From Myxococcota bacterium (GTDB lineage Bacteria > Myxococcota_A > UBA796 > GCA-2862545), in NCBI GenBank assembly GCA_039208735.1, contig JBCCQY010000063.1, forward strand, positions 1-44,450: 44,450 nucleotides of DNA, read 5' to 3'. Positions 10,126 to 19,684 of the stretch are shown piece by piece (position 1 is the stretch's first letter; each line of letters starts with the position of its first letter). The notes under the pieces were generated by a model. It ran no database searches, was not told where the DNA came from, and was given only the letters and a program-made list of their open reading frames with translations. Both the position numbers and the translations under genes were made by a program.

Positions 10126-11010
10126 ATGAGATTCCTCGTGGCGTCATTCGTGCTTACGACAGTGGAGTGCCATCGCGAGACTCCTACCACCGAGACGCAT
10201 TGGCCCCCATCGCACACGGCGGAACACGACGTAGCCAAGGTTCATAAGCGTTCCTTCACCTTCGAAGGATTGAAGGTCGCCGAGGTGGTCCTTGGCGCCG
10301 ACGATCCAGATGCGCCCTTGCCTCTCGTGATGATGCTCCACGGCCGAGGCGACCGTCCGCGCATCCCCGGCGGCCCTTTCGAGCACATCTCGACCCCGAT
10401 GCGAATCCTGATTCCCCGTGGACCGTTTCGGGTCGCGGGGGGGTTCGCATGGTCGCGAGTCAGCGTAACGGAAGGTCGACACAACGAACTGGCGGTGGAC
10501 CTCCTCGAGGTTTCGTCTCGCCTGTCGCGTCTCGTGGCGCACGTAGGCAACGAGCGGCCCACGCTCGGCACTCCGGTCGCAACAGGATTTTCCCAGGGGG
10601 GCATGGTGGCTTGGACCATGGCCGTCCGGTACCCCGACCAGCTAGGTCTCGCGTTGCCGCTGGCCGCTTGGGTGCCTCCTCGTGCGCGCCCTCAACCCCT
10701 GAAGTCGGCACCCGTGCAATCCATGCACGGCACGGCGGACCGCATCGTGCGCATCGAACCCACCCGCAACTGGGTAAATCAGCTTCGGCGAGCCCGGAAT
10801 CGCGTCGAATGGCGAGAATTCGATGGGGTGGGTCACGAGGTGACGCCTGAAATGAACCGGCAACTCGAGCGATGGCTCGAACAAGCCTTGCAGGAGCGAA
10901 CCTACAAGGGTTCGACGTCGAAGACCAGCTCTACCGATTCCGGATCACCTGCCCAGTCACGTGATGGAGCAAATGCGTTCAGTTCCACGTTGACCGAGGC
11001 CGTCAGGTAG
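10126..11010 (+). CDS. Phospholipase/carboxylesterase (alpha/beta hydrolase)
   Basis: LHGRG oxyanion motif, GFSQGG nucleophile, HGTADRIV and GVGHEV. GGAGG SD before ATG 10126. Confidence 0.9.
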   Translation: MRFLVASFVLTTVECHRETPTTETHWPPSHTAEHDVAKVHKRSFTFEGLKVAEVVLGADDPDAPLPLVMMLHGRGDRPRIPGGPFEHISTPMRILIPRGPFRVAGGFAWSRVSVTEGRHNELAVDLLEVSSRLSRLVAHVGNERPTLGTPVATGFSQGGMVAWTMAVRYPDQLGLALPLAAWVPPRARPQPLKSAPVQSMHGTADRIVRIEPTRNWVNQLRRARNRVEWREFDGVGHEVTPEMNRQLERWLEQALQERTYKGSTSKTSSTDSGSPAQSRDGANAFSSTLTEAVR

Positions 11011-11142
11011 AAGTCGTCGAACGGTACTGTCGCATTTACGGAATGAGATTTTTCAGGCTGCACCTTACCGCACCCTGGGTCACATGGTCAGTGAAGGCAA
11101 CGTCCAGTAATCTAGGGAAGTCCGACCAATCTCGGTGTTTCG

Positions 11143-11463
11143 ATGGACGATGCCGATACTGCAATGGCCTGGGTTTCCTCACTCACCGAACAGTGCGAAG
11201 GAGCCGCACCCATCTCCCATGACGTCTCTGCATACGTAAACATGCTGGAAGGACTGGAGCTGCCCAGCATCCAAGATGAATGTGCGTTGATTCTCGAGTT
11301 CGACCCTTTTGTAATCGATGGTGAGGATGCGCTGGGGAATTCGTGGTCGGTCGAAGTCACCGATAGCAGCGCCACCGTGACGCCTTCCACCAACCCCGCA
11401 GCTCTCAATTACACCATTCTACTGGGAGCCCCTCCGTCTGGCCCCAGCCTGACTGTGCACTGA
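11143..11463 (+). CDS. Hypothetical protein (start uncertain)
   Basis: Acidic 106-aa ORF filling an intergenic gap; no family recognised. Confidence 0.4.
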   Translation: MDDADTAMAWVSSLTEQCEGAAPISHDVSAYVNMLEGLELPSIQDECALILEFDPFVIDGEDALGNSWSVEVTDSSATVTPSTNPAALNYTILLGAPPSGPSLTVH

Positions 11464-11562
11464 CTCCTGGTTACGCGCACACTTGCGTCAAGCTCGAATC
11501 TCAGCCTGAAGCCAAGTTTGCAGAACGTGTGAAGCATGGGGGTGCACACAGCAGGGAGAGGC

Positions 11563-12525
11563 ATGGCCGCCATCCGGAATCTGGTCTTTGAGGGCTGCGG
11601 CGTGAAAGGACTCGCCTACCTCGGGGCTCTCGAGGTGCTCACCAATCGAGGCGTCCTAAGCGGAGTTCAGCGGGTTGCCGGCACCTCGGCGGGAGCGATC
11701 GTGGCCGGCCTGCTCGCCACCGGAGCCGACTCCAAGACGCTGTCCGACAAGCTCAAGCCCGAAGAACTCGCCCGCTTGCTGGGTGGAATCCCTGGATTCG
11801 GCGACGTGATCAACTCCGCGTTCACCTACGGCCTGCATTCGGGTGAACCCATCGAGGCCTGGGTTCGTGACCAGATCGCGGAGCAGACTCGGTCACGTCT
11901 CGGTGAAGCCCGTCCCGATCTGACGTTTGGGGACCTGCAGCACCTGGCGCTCGAGCATCCTGGCACGTTCCGGCAGCCCTACGTGATCGTGACCAACCTC
12001 TCAGAACAGCGGCCACAGGTGTTTTGCGCAGAGACCTCGCCCGATGTCACCATCGCCCACGCGGTTCGGCTCTCGGCGAGCATCCCCGGCATCGTGCAGG
12101 TGACCAAGCATGGCGGTGCCCTGATGATCGACGGTGGCCTGACCTGGAACTACCCGTTCCAGCTCTTCGGGGGCGCCCATCGGGCCCCCATCCCGCCCAA
12201 GGTCCAGCAGGCCCTCCTCCAGCAAGGTTCTCCAGAAGAAACCCTTGGATTCGTGACCCTCTCCCGCGTCGACCTTGGCCTCGATGATGGTCTGTCGCCC
12301 GTGACCAACGTGGCTTCGGCAAGTGACTACATCAACGCCATCTTTAGTCTCACGACCAAGGCGGCAACCTCCGCCCACGTCGACGACATCGCCGCCTCTC
12401 GAACCGTTTTCATCGATTGTGAGGGACTTTCCCCGATCGACTTTCGTATTCCCGCCGAAGCACGCGCGCGACTGGTCGATCAGGGACGAAAGGCCACCGC
12501 GGCGTGGCTCGATGCAATAGCGTGA
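11563..12525 (+). CDS. Patatin-like phospholipase (ExoU/VipD-like subgroup by motif)
   Basis: LVFEGCGVKGLAY anion loop, GTSAG catalytic Ser, AVRLSASIP, IDGG catalytic Asp; GGAGAGG SD. Confidence 0.93.
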   Translation: MAAIRNLVFEGCGVKGLAYLGALEVLTNRGVLSGVQRVAGTSAGAIVAGLLATGADSKTLSDKLKPEELARLLGGIPGFGDVINSAFTYGLHSGEPIEAWVRDQIAEQTRSRLGEARPDLTFGDLQHLALEHPGTFRQPYVIVTNLSEQRPQVFCAETSPDVTIAHAVRLSASIPGIVQVTKHGGALMIDGGLTWNYPFQLFGGAHRAPIPPKVQQALLQQGSPEETLGFVTLSRVDLGLDDGLSPVTNVASASDYINAIFSLTTKAATSAHVDDIAASRTVFIDCEGLSPIDFRIPAEARARLVDQGRKATAAWLDAIA

Positions 12526-12560
12526 GGGTTCCTGCGTAGGGGCCACCTCGGGAGGTCCCC

Positions 12561-12962
12561 ATGCATCTCATTTACGGCCTGGTCATCGGCGTCTTGCTTG
12601 GACTGTGGGCAGGCCCCGTGGGGGTCGTGGGCCCCTTCGTGGCGTTCTTCAAGAAACTCCCGATGCGTTGGGGCCTCCTGATCGGCTACCTCGTAGGACT
12701 GACCGGCGCCGTCCTCTTCTACCAGGTCCTCGACGATCTGGTGTTTGGGCGGCCCTTGGGAACCTCGGCCCAAGAGCGGGCCGCATGGCTCGAAGCCCAC
12801 CAGGTCCCCGAGGCGCCACCGGTCAAGGCCCCACAGGAGCAGGACTGGAGCATTCCCATCTGGCCTATGGCCGCAGTACCCGGAGGACTCATCGCGTTGT
12901 TCGGCGTCGTGGGCGCCGCCACCATCCTCAACGCACACTCGGACGACAGCGAAGAACGCTAG
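12561..12962 (+). CDS. Small membrane protein
   Basis: GGAGG SD; three hydrophobic segments. Confidence 0.7.
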   Translation: MHLIYGLVIGVLLGLWAGPVGVVGPFVAFFKKLPMRWGLLIGYLVGLTGAVLFYQVLDDLVFGRPLGTSAQERAAWLEAHQVPEAPPVKAPQEQDWSIPIWPMAAVPGGLIALFGVVGAATILNAHSDDSEER

Positions 12963-13107
12963 GTTCGAGGAGCCACCGGCAACCTGCGGGAATGTACACC
13001 TCCGTCGCGAGAGGGACCGCGACGGAGCCGAGCTGGCCGCTCTGAACCCGTGTGCGGCGAACCAAGTGGCCGGCGATTGACCCCGTAGGGCCCAGCCTGG
13101 TCAGCTC

Positions 13108-13123
13108 TCGAACAAATGTTCGA
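13108..13123. promoter_or_regulatory. Palindrome TCGAACAAATGTTCGA (matches the CGAAC-N4-GTTCG LexA-type box)
   Basis: 7-2-7 inverted repeat about 43 bp upstream of the blaI-like start. Confidence 0.4.
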
Positions 13124-13131
13124 TCTTCTGT

Positions 13132-13166
13132 TGCTAAAAAATTCGCACACCGCTAAGAAATTAGCA
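13132..13166. promoter_or_regulatory. Tandem candidate operators for the BlaI-like repressor
   Basis: TGCTAAAAAATTCGCA (13132-13147) and CGCTAAGAAATTAGCA (13151-13166), related dyads at 19-bp period; the second touches the start codon. Confidence 0.6.
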
Positions 13167-13555
13167 TGCCAAAGCGACCGAACGAACCGCCCGCCTTATC
13201 CCGGCGGGAACGCCAGATTCTCGACATCGTGTACCGGCTGGGCCGTGCGACGGCGGCCCAGGTTCGGGCCGAACTCGCGAATTCCCCGAGTGACTCGAGC
13301 GTGCGCACCCTGTTGCGCCTGATGGAGGAAAAGGGGCACCTCGCCCATGAGGTCGAGGGTCCCCGGTACGTCTACTTCGCGACGACCCCACCTGATGTTG
13401 CGAGTCGGCGAGCCCTCCGACACCTCATTCGAACGTTCTTCGGAGGTTCTCCCGGCGAGTTGGTGTCGACCCTGCTCGATGACGAAGAACTCGACGAATC
13501 CACCTTGGACGACCTCGCCAAGCTCGTCGCTGAGAAGCGGCGCAACAACTCATAG
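13166..13555 (+). CDS. BlaI/MecI/CopY family transcriptional repressor
   Basis: LSRRERQILDIVY...SVRTLLRLMEEKGHL...RYVY...FFGGS; adjacent to an M56 peptidase. Confidence 0.95.
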   Translation: MPKRPNEPPALSRRERQILDIVYRLGRATAAQVRAELANSPSDSSVRTLLRLMEEKGHLAHEVEGPRYVYFATTPPDVASRRALRHLIRTFFGGSPGELVSTLLDDEELDESTLDDLAKLVAEKRRNNS

Positions 13556-13592
13556 GACGGTCCTTAGGCCTGTCCGCTGTTCTGGAGCCTGT

Positions 13593-15236
13593 ATGACCCT
13601 GTCACTCGCGCTTCAGGCGGCCGCTGTGTACGCGGTCGCCTGGCTGCTCGCAAGATTCGGAACGCCGGGGCACCGGCGAGCCGTGCTCATTGCAGGCTGC
13701 GTTGGCGTCGCTCTCCTCCCCATGCTTCCAAGCTTCCCGTCATGGGTCCCCCCCTCCCCAACACCGGGGGCGCTGTTGGGCACCTTCGAAATCCTTCAGG
13801 AGCCCGCGGGCGTCGGACCGACGGTACATTCAGCCTCCCGCCCCATCACATCCGTTCCATTGTGGTGGGGTATCTGGATGGTGGGACTCTGCCTTTCATT
13901 GATCCAACTGGGGTTGGATGTCCGGTCTGTCTGGCGTCTTTGGGCGTCCGCAGAACACCTCGAGGGGAATGTGGGGACCAGCCCCCACGTGAACACTCCC
14001 GTCGCAGTAGGAATCCTCGGGCCTCGCATTCTGTTGCCCCCATCCTCCACAAACTGGTCGGAGGCAAAACGCGGGCTCGTGCTGGCTCATGAACGGGCTC
14101 ACGTGCGCTACCACGACAACCTCGTGATGCTACTGTGTCGGGCGGTCGCGTGTGTGCATTGGTTCAATCCTCTGGCATGGTGGACGCTCCGTTCGTTGCG
14201 TGACGCTTGTGAGCACCACGCCGATGACGTCGTCCTTCGCGATGGCGTAGCCCCCACCGACTATGCCGACGCGCTCATCGCGGTGGCGAGGGATCGCACG
14301 CCTGCACTGGGGCTCGCTATGGCCCGGTCCTCTGCGCTCGAACGTCGAGTGCATGCGGTGCTCGCCCCCCGTCGCCGGGGTCACGTATGGGGGCCGATGG
14401 GCGGCGTGTTCCTGGTGCTCACGTTTGCATTGGGCACCGTCACCTGCTCGGACCCCGTCGCGACCACCCCCACTCCAACGCCATCCTCCTCGATGTGGGA
14501 AGCCCGACTCGAGGCCGAAGCCGAACGATTGATGGTCGATGTGCAGCCCGACGGGCTCGCCTTGGTCGTGCTCGACGCGCGGTCGGGAAGGGTGCTGGGC
14601 CAGGCGGAACGCGGCGACCTCCTAAACCGTAGCATCTCGCCTGCTTCCTTGATTAAGCCATTCATTGCCGTGGCCGCTCTCGAGTCGGGGACGCCGTCCG
14701 ACCATCCGTTTGAGGACGGAGACATGGCCTCGATTCTCGCCCGTTCTTCAAACTCCGGGGCGCAAGAGATCGCGCGCCACGTGGGACCCACGCCCATCCA
14801 GGATGTGCTGGAACGCGTGGGTCTGGTGGGCGCGACCGCTCCGCCGGTCGAGCGACTCGCCCTTGGCGACGGCGTTTGGGCGACTCCGGTAACCCTAGCC
14901 CAGGCCTGGCAACACCTGTCTGGCCATGGCCGAATTGCACCGTCGGTTGCCACCACGGCGCGGGAGCTTCTGGCGGGCGTGGTCGAAGAGGGAGGAACAG
15001 GACGGCTTGCGCACATTCCCGACACCCCCATCGCAGGCAAGACCGGCTCTGCACGCATGATTGGTCCTGACGGTGCGCCTATCGAAGGCCGCTACATCGC
15101 GAGTTTCGCGGGACTCGTCCCTGCAGCGGATCCCGAACTCGTAATCGTCGTCTGTGTGGAAGGACCCCGCACCGACCAGCCGTGGGGCGGACGGGTTGCC
15201 GCGCCGGTGTTCCGACGCATCGTCCAGACTCGCTAG
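13593..15236 (+). CDS. BlaR1-like M56 metallopeptidase fused to a penicillin-binding (transpeptidase-like) domain
   Basis: LAHERAH, WFNPL, E..AD (M56); SLIK (SxxK), SSN (SxN) and KTG (PBP). GGAG SD before ATG 13593. Confidence 0.9.
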   Translation: MTLSLALQAAAVYAVAWLLARFGTPGHRRAVLIAGCVGVALLPMLPSFPSWVPPSPTPGALLGTFEILQEPAGVGPTVHSASRPITSVPLWWGIWMVGLCLSLIQLGLDVRSVWRLWASAEHLEGNVGTSPHVNTPVAVGILGPRILLPPSSTNWSEAKRGLVLAHERAHVRYHDNLVMLLCRAVACVHWFNPLAWWTLRSLRDACEHHADDVVLRDGVAPTDYADALIAVARDRTPALGLAMARSSALERRVHAVLAPRRRGHVWGPMGGVFLVLTFALGTVTCSDPVATTPTPTPSSSMWEARLEAEAERLMVDVQPDGLALVVLDARSGRVLGQAERGDLLNRSISPASLIKPFIAVAALESGTPSDHPFEDGDMASILARSSNSGAQEIARHVGPTPIQDVLERVGLVGATAPPVERLALGDGVWATPVTLAQAWQHLSGHGRIAPSVATTARELLAGVVEEGGTGRLAHIPDTPIAGKTGSARMIGPDGAPIEGRYIASFAGLVPAADPELVIVVCVEGPRTDQPWGGRVAAPVFRRIVQTR

Positions 15237-16363
15237 CGTTCCAACAGTGCGATGAGCGTGGGGTTCCCATGATCGTTCGCGTGATCGAGGGCCGTCCATC
15301 CGTCGGCTCCGCGATGTTGGGCCTCTGCGCCACGAGCGAGGAGGGTGCGACTGGCCGCTTCATGCCCTCGAATCACCGCAACTCGCAAGGGTTGTATGGC
15401 GTCATATCGCCAAATCCGCCGCACCTCATGCACCGCCTTTGGCTCGTCCCCTAAAACGGCCTCGATGCGGCTGGTCAAGTCGTAGGCCGCGGCTTGGAAG
15501 AGATCCAAACGGTGGGAGGCGTGACGAATCAACCACGCTACGGTGTCGGTCTGCCCACCGTGCTCGGCCCAATCGAGCGGCGTCGCCCAAAACGGATTGT
15601 CTCGGTTGTTCAGATCCGCCCCGAGCTTCAGAAGTCGCTCGACCAGGTCGAGTTGGCCCGCCGCACACGCACGATGCAGCAGGGTCCCGTTCCCAACTCC
15701 GATGACGTCGAGGTCCGGAGCCTGGGTCAATAGCCACTCGAACGCATCGGGCTGCCCTATGACATAGGCATGGAGGGTGGCAAGCCCCAGTTCCTGGGCT
15801 GACGGCGGCGTGGTCGCGACCATGGCCTGGAGTCGCTCGAGTTCGCCAAGACCCGCCGCCGCGGGAAGGTCCCAAGGTACTCCCTCGTCGATCAGGAAGC
15901 GAGCCGCCTCGGGGGCATGATTGGCCAATGCGCTCCGCACGGCCGATACGGTGGCGCTAAACGACGCTCCAGCCGCGATGAGGACCTTGGCCAGGGCCCG
16001 TGTCTGACCTGCCGCACTGGCGAGTTGGCTGGTGAACAGTAAGTCGAGCACGGTGTGGCCACGACCGTTCGGTGCGTTCGGATCGGCCCCCTGATCGAGG
16101 AGAGTTCGAGCGATTTGGGGCATGGAGTCTGGCATGGCCAGTTCCCCATCCCCGACGATGCCGTGTTCACGGTGACTCGGCCAAGGATTCCAGGCCACGT
16201 AGTGCAGCAAGGGAGACCCACTGAAATAGTGGTCCGATGCCTCTTCGTTGAAGGTGTGCACCAGACCTGGATGGTCCACCAAGAGCTGTCGAAGATCGTC
16301 GACTCGCCCCCCGTCGATCGCCAGAATTGCTTGTGCGAAAGGGGAGCTTGTTGGTGACGGCAT
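15233..16363 (-). CDS. Ankyrin repeat protein
   Basis: Repeats such as LLDQGADPN, TLLHRA..G..LVERLLKLGADLN, TPLDWA, TALDHA. Start placed at MPSPTSS. Confidence 0.9.
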   Translation of the reverse strand: MPSPTSSPFAQAILAIDGGRVDDLRQLLVDHPGLVHTFNEEASDHYFSGSPLLHYVAWNPWPSHREHGIVGDGELAMPDSMPQIARTLLDQGADPNAPNGRGHTVLDLLFTSQLASAAGQTRALAKVLIAAGASFSATVSAVRSALANHAPEAARFLIDEGVPWDLPAAAGLGELERLQAMVATTPPSAQELGLATLHAYVIGQPDAFEWLLTQAPDLDVIGVGNGTLLHRACAAGQLDLVERLLKLGADLNNRDNPFWATPLDWAEHGGQTDTVAWLIRHASHRLDLFQAAAYDLTSRIEAVLGDEPKAVHEVRRIWRYDAIQPLRVAVIRGHEAASRTLLARGAEAQHRGADGWTALDHANDHGNPTLIALLER

Positions 16364-16538
16364 GCTCAAGACGTAATGCGCGCCGCACACCGCGAACCAC
16401 GAAGCCCCGTCGCACTGCGATGTGTGATCTCCACCCTTGGCCTCCGCGAGGTGCCCGCTCCTCGGCTCAGTTCCAAGCCCTCGCACCCCCTCGCCGGTAC
16501 GCGGCCGTTTCCGTCATCCAGCTCGGGCGTCGGCTCGC

Positions 16539-17489
16539 CTAACGAAAGCGGGCGCGGTAGTCGCGGGGGCTCACACCGAGCCACCTATGAAACGCACGTC
16601 GCAGCCGTTCGGCGTTTCCAAGGCCGAATCGGCCCGCCAAGGCGTCGAGCGTCTCGTCGGAGGTCTCGAGGGCCGCCGCCACCGCATCGACCCGACAACG
16701 TTCCACAAATTGGGCCGGGGTGGTGTTCAACTGTTGCCGAAACACCCGCCGGAAGTTCCGTGGGCTCATCGCGACGTATTGGGCGAGCTGTTCAATGTTT
16801 AGTGGCTCGTGAAGCCGGTCCGCGATCCAGCGGCGCAACCTGGCCATTCGGTCATCGGTCGGCGACGGATCGGAAAGGTACCGACTGAACTGCGACTGCC
16901 CCCCCGGACGCCGCAAGAACACCACCAACTCCCGTGCAATGGAAAGGGCGGCCGGTCGCCCCAAGTCCTGCTCGACAAGAGCAAGCGCCAGATCGATGCC
17001 AGCGGTCACTCCAGCCGACGTCCAAACCGGCCCGTCGTGGACAAAGATGGCGTCCGGCTGCACGCGAATGCACGGAAAGGCACGCTGCAACTCCTCGGCT
17101 CGAGTCCAATGGGTCGTGGCCCGACGGTTCGTCAATTGGCCCGTATGTGCCAACGCAAACGCGCCGGTGCAAATGCCGACCATCCTCGTGACCATTGGAG
17201 CGACGGTCCGGACGGCTTTTAGGACTTCAGGGGCAAGGCAGGCGGCTCCATCGCCCATCGAACTCCCTGGCACCACCAAGGTGTGGGGTTCGAGGTCCGC
17301 CAAGGCGTGGTCCGCCACCAACGTGAGGCCTGACTCGGTGCGAATGGGTCCTGAATGGGGGCCGGCAAGCACCACATCGTAGGCCGGTTGCCCAGAAGGG
17401 TCCTTCGCCAGCTGAAAGACTTCGTAGGGCCCGAGTGCATCGAGCGTGACGACCCCATCGAACACCAGAATCGCGACCGAAGGGCTCAA
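16539..17489 (-). CDS. GlxA family transcriptional regulator (DJ-1/PfpI + AraC HTH)
   Basis: ICTGAF, ATTHW, TSAGVTAGIDLAL, RRPGGQSQFS, MSPRNFRRVF, GVSPRDYR. Confidence 0.95.
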   Translation of the reverse strand: MSPSVAILVFDGVVTLDALGPYEVFQLAKDPSGQPAYDVVLAGPHSGPIRTESGLTLVADHALADLEPHTLVVPGSSMGDGAACLAPEVLKAVRTVAPMVTRMVGICTGAFALAHTGQLTNRRATTHWTRAEELQRAFPCIRVQPDAIFVHDGPVWTSAGVTAGIDLALALVEQDLGRPAALSIARELVVFLRRPGGQSQFSRYLSDPSPTDDRMARLRRWIADRLHEPLNIEQLAQYVAMSPRNFRRVFRQQLNTTPAQFVERCRVDAVAAALETSDETLDALAGRFGLGNAERLRRAFHRWLGVSPRDYRARFR

Positions 17490-17875
17490 TCCACGTATCG
17501 CATGCCGAGGAAGCCTTCGAAGGCCTGAATGTACACGACCTTGAGTCGGGCCGACCGATTGCCGGAAACATTGCGTAGACGTGCCATCTCATTGGGTCCC
17601 ACCGTTGCGTCCGCCACGTCGCCCGGTGCGATGGTCCCCATCGAGCCCGCCGCGGTCAGAACTTCGACCTTAGTTTTTCCGACATTCTCCACCCGAAGTT
17701 CAAAACCCTCGGCTTGGCGACCTCCCAATTCGAAGGTTTGCGCCCTCGGAATTTCGAGGTTTGACCGTTTAACGGCCTGGGGTGCCGCTTCGACTGGCGG
17801 AGCCGGGAACGGTTTGTTCTTCCACGAGCAACCCGCGCACAGACTCCACCCCACCCACATCCACACGTACTTCAT
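17486..17875 (-). CDS. Small lipoprotein
   Basis: GAGGT SD, CAGC lipobox, beta-rich body; overlaps the GlxA start. Confidence 0.7.
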   Translation of the reverse strand: MKYVWMWVGWSLCAGCSWKNKPFPAPPVEAAPQAVKRSNLEIPRAQTFELGGRQAEGFELRVENVGKTKVEVLTAAGSMGTIAPGDVADATVGPNEMARLRNVSGNRSARLKVVYIQAFEGFLGMRYVD

Positions 17876-18004
17876 GTTGACCTCACCTGCGCAACGTAGG
17901 ACTTGTAGACGCCAGGCACGAGGACAACGACCCCTCGAATCCGGCCACCAACATGCTTGCGTGACCGCATGGTTCAGGCGTTCCTCTGACGACGATGGAG
18001 CGCT

Positions 18005-18352
18005 GTGATGCTACCTTTCGAGTTACTGCTGCTCGCTAAGCCAGACCCTGTGGATTCGTTCATCGCTCGTCATGACCAAATGCTGCTCGTCTTCGACAAC
18101 GCCGAGAGCGACCTTGATGGTGTGGCCACAGTGCTGAATACGCTGCTTCCACGGTGCCCTAACCTGTGCGTGTTGGCCACCAGTCGAATGCCGGTCGGGC
18201 TACGTCTCGGACAGCGACTGCCGCCAAGAGGCGTCGAGCATGCGTTCGCCGATGGCGAGCAACCGGCCTTGCCCTCCGAAGTCGCCACGCCGATTCGAAC
18301 GCTTCGGTGGCTGGCCCTTCCTCAAGAAGCAAGGAAGTTCCTGGAGCATTGA
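18005..18352 (+). pseudogene. Fragment of an NB-ARC/STAND-type predicted ATPase
   Basis: LLVFDNAE (Walker B-like) and LCVLATSR motifs are present, but there is no Walker A and no C-terminal domains. Confidence 0.55.
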
Positions 18353-18429
18353 GCCCACCCAGAATTTCTCATCCCGAGAACGCAAAACGCTCCCCAAGCT
18401 GTGTAGGCATCCCAGATCGGGAGTGACAC

Positions 18430-19620
18430 ATGCACTGGTGGATGTTGGGTTGGTCCATGGCAATCGCGACGCCGAGCGAACTCGAACGGGAGGCACAGCG
18501 ATCGGCTCCGTTGATCGAGGCGTGTCGCCAATCACCCGCCGTCTGCGCAGGCCGGCGTGATGAGATCGCACACGCGCTGTTCGTCGACGTTCTGCAGGAC
18601 TGGGTGAGCGAGGGCAAGGTGGATCGTCAGAATGTGGCGAATCTGAAGGTACTCGACCCAGATCGACTCGCCAAGCTTCCGCCGATCCTCACCGAATCGA
18701 CCGGCCAACCCGAGCCATGGGCGCAGCAGGCTCGCAACCCCGCTCCCAAGGCCAAGGAGCCCGCCGATGCCTTCGATCCGGGCACGGTGACCGAAGTGAC
18801 GGAGGCCATCGCGCGACCCTCATCCCCACCGCCCAAGCCTCCCGCGCGCGCTGCGGAGGCCCCCGAGTACGCGCTGGACCCGGCCTCGGTCGAGTTCCGA
18901 TTGGCTCCTCGCACCATCAAGATCGATGTGTTCCTTCTCGAACCCGGAATCCGGCGTCTTCCTGAGCCCTTCGTGCCCACCACGATGGAACAATGGACCG
19001 CGGCGCTGAGATGCAGTCCTGTGACGAAGAATCGCGAGCGCTGCACGTTTGTGGATGGGGTGTGGTGGGGCGTGGTGTTGCAGAACAACAGCCAGTTCAA
19101 CGCCAAGAAGCTCCCCGCTCCCGATGCCATCGAGTTCGTGTGGACCAAGCGCGACACCCGCGTGTTGGGGGAGTTCGTGGAGTCTCAACTCGCCCAGTAC
19201 CTGGGCGGCGCCATCGATTGGGAACGGCCCAAGCCCAACTGGAAAAGCGGGCCCTATGCGCTAGCCCAGGCGCCTGGCTGGACACCGTGGCTTCAACCGT
19301 CGGTGGCCAAGCCCAAGCTCGTGGTGACCTCCAAAGCTGCCGACGCAGATCGCGTGGAACTGGAACTCCGCGGTACCGTGACCGAGAGCGCATCGATGGG
19401 CAGTGCCTTGAACAGCTCATCGACCTCCCGAGTGGCCGCTTGGGCGATGGTCACCAAGGGGGTGTTGACCCATGCGATGACCGAACGGGCCTTTTCGTCC
19501 AACAACACGCGAATGGTTGGGTACAAGCGCGCGGTTACCATCGCCCAGCCCTACGTGTACGGGGCAGTTTTGCCCGCGGATCTGCCTCCCCCCCTTCTCA
19601 ACGAAGGCAAGTCCCGATGA
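18430..19620 (+). CDS. Hypothetical exported protein
   Basis: GGGAG SD, short hydrophobic N-terminus, Pro-rich linker; long ORF with GC-ending codons. Confidence 0.7.
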   Translation: MHWWMLGWSMAIATPSELEREAQRSAPLIEACRQSPAVCAGRRDEIAHALFVDVLQDWVSEGKVDRQNVANLKVLDPDRLAKLPPILTESTGQPEPWAQQARNPAPKAKEPADAFDPGTVTEVTEAIARPSSPPPKPPARAAEAPEYALDPASVEFRLAPRTIKIDVFLLEPGIRRLPEPFVPTTMEQWTAALRCSPVTKNRERCTFVDGVWWGVVLQNNSQFNAKKLPAPDAIEFVWTKRDTRVLGEFVESQLAQYLGGAIDWERPKPNWKSGPYALAQAPGWTPWLQPSVAKPKLVVTSKAADADRVELELRGTVTESASMGSALNSSSTSRVAAWAMVTKGVLTHAMTERAFSSNNTRMVGYKRAVTIAQPYVYGAVLPADLPPPLLNEGKSR

Positions 19621-19684
19621 GAGATACAAGGGTTCATGAGCCGAACGCTTCTCGCAGGGCGGTGAGGCACCTTGAGGACTCCCC

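Noticed and set aside
11563..12525. Patatin as a CBASS CapV-type effector
   Set aside because: No CD-NTase or other CBASS gene is adjacent.
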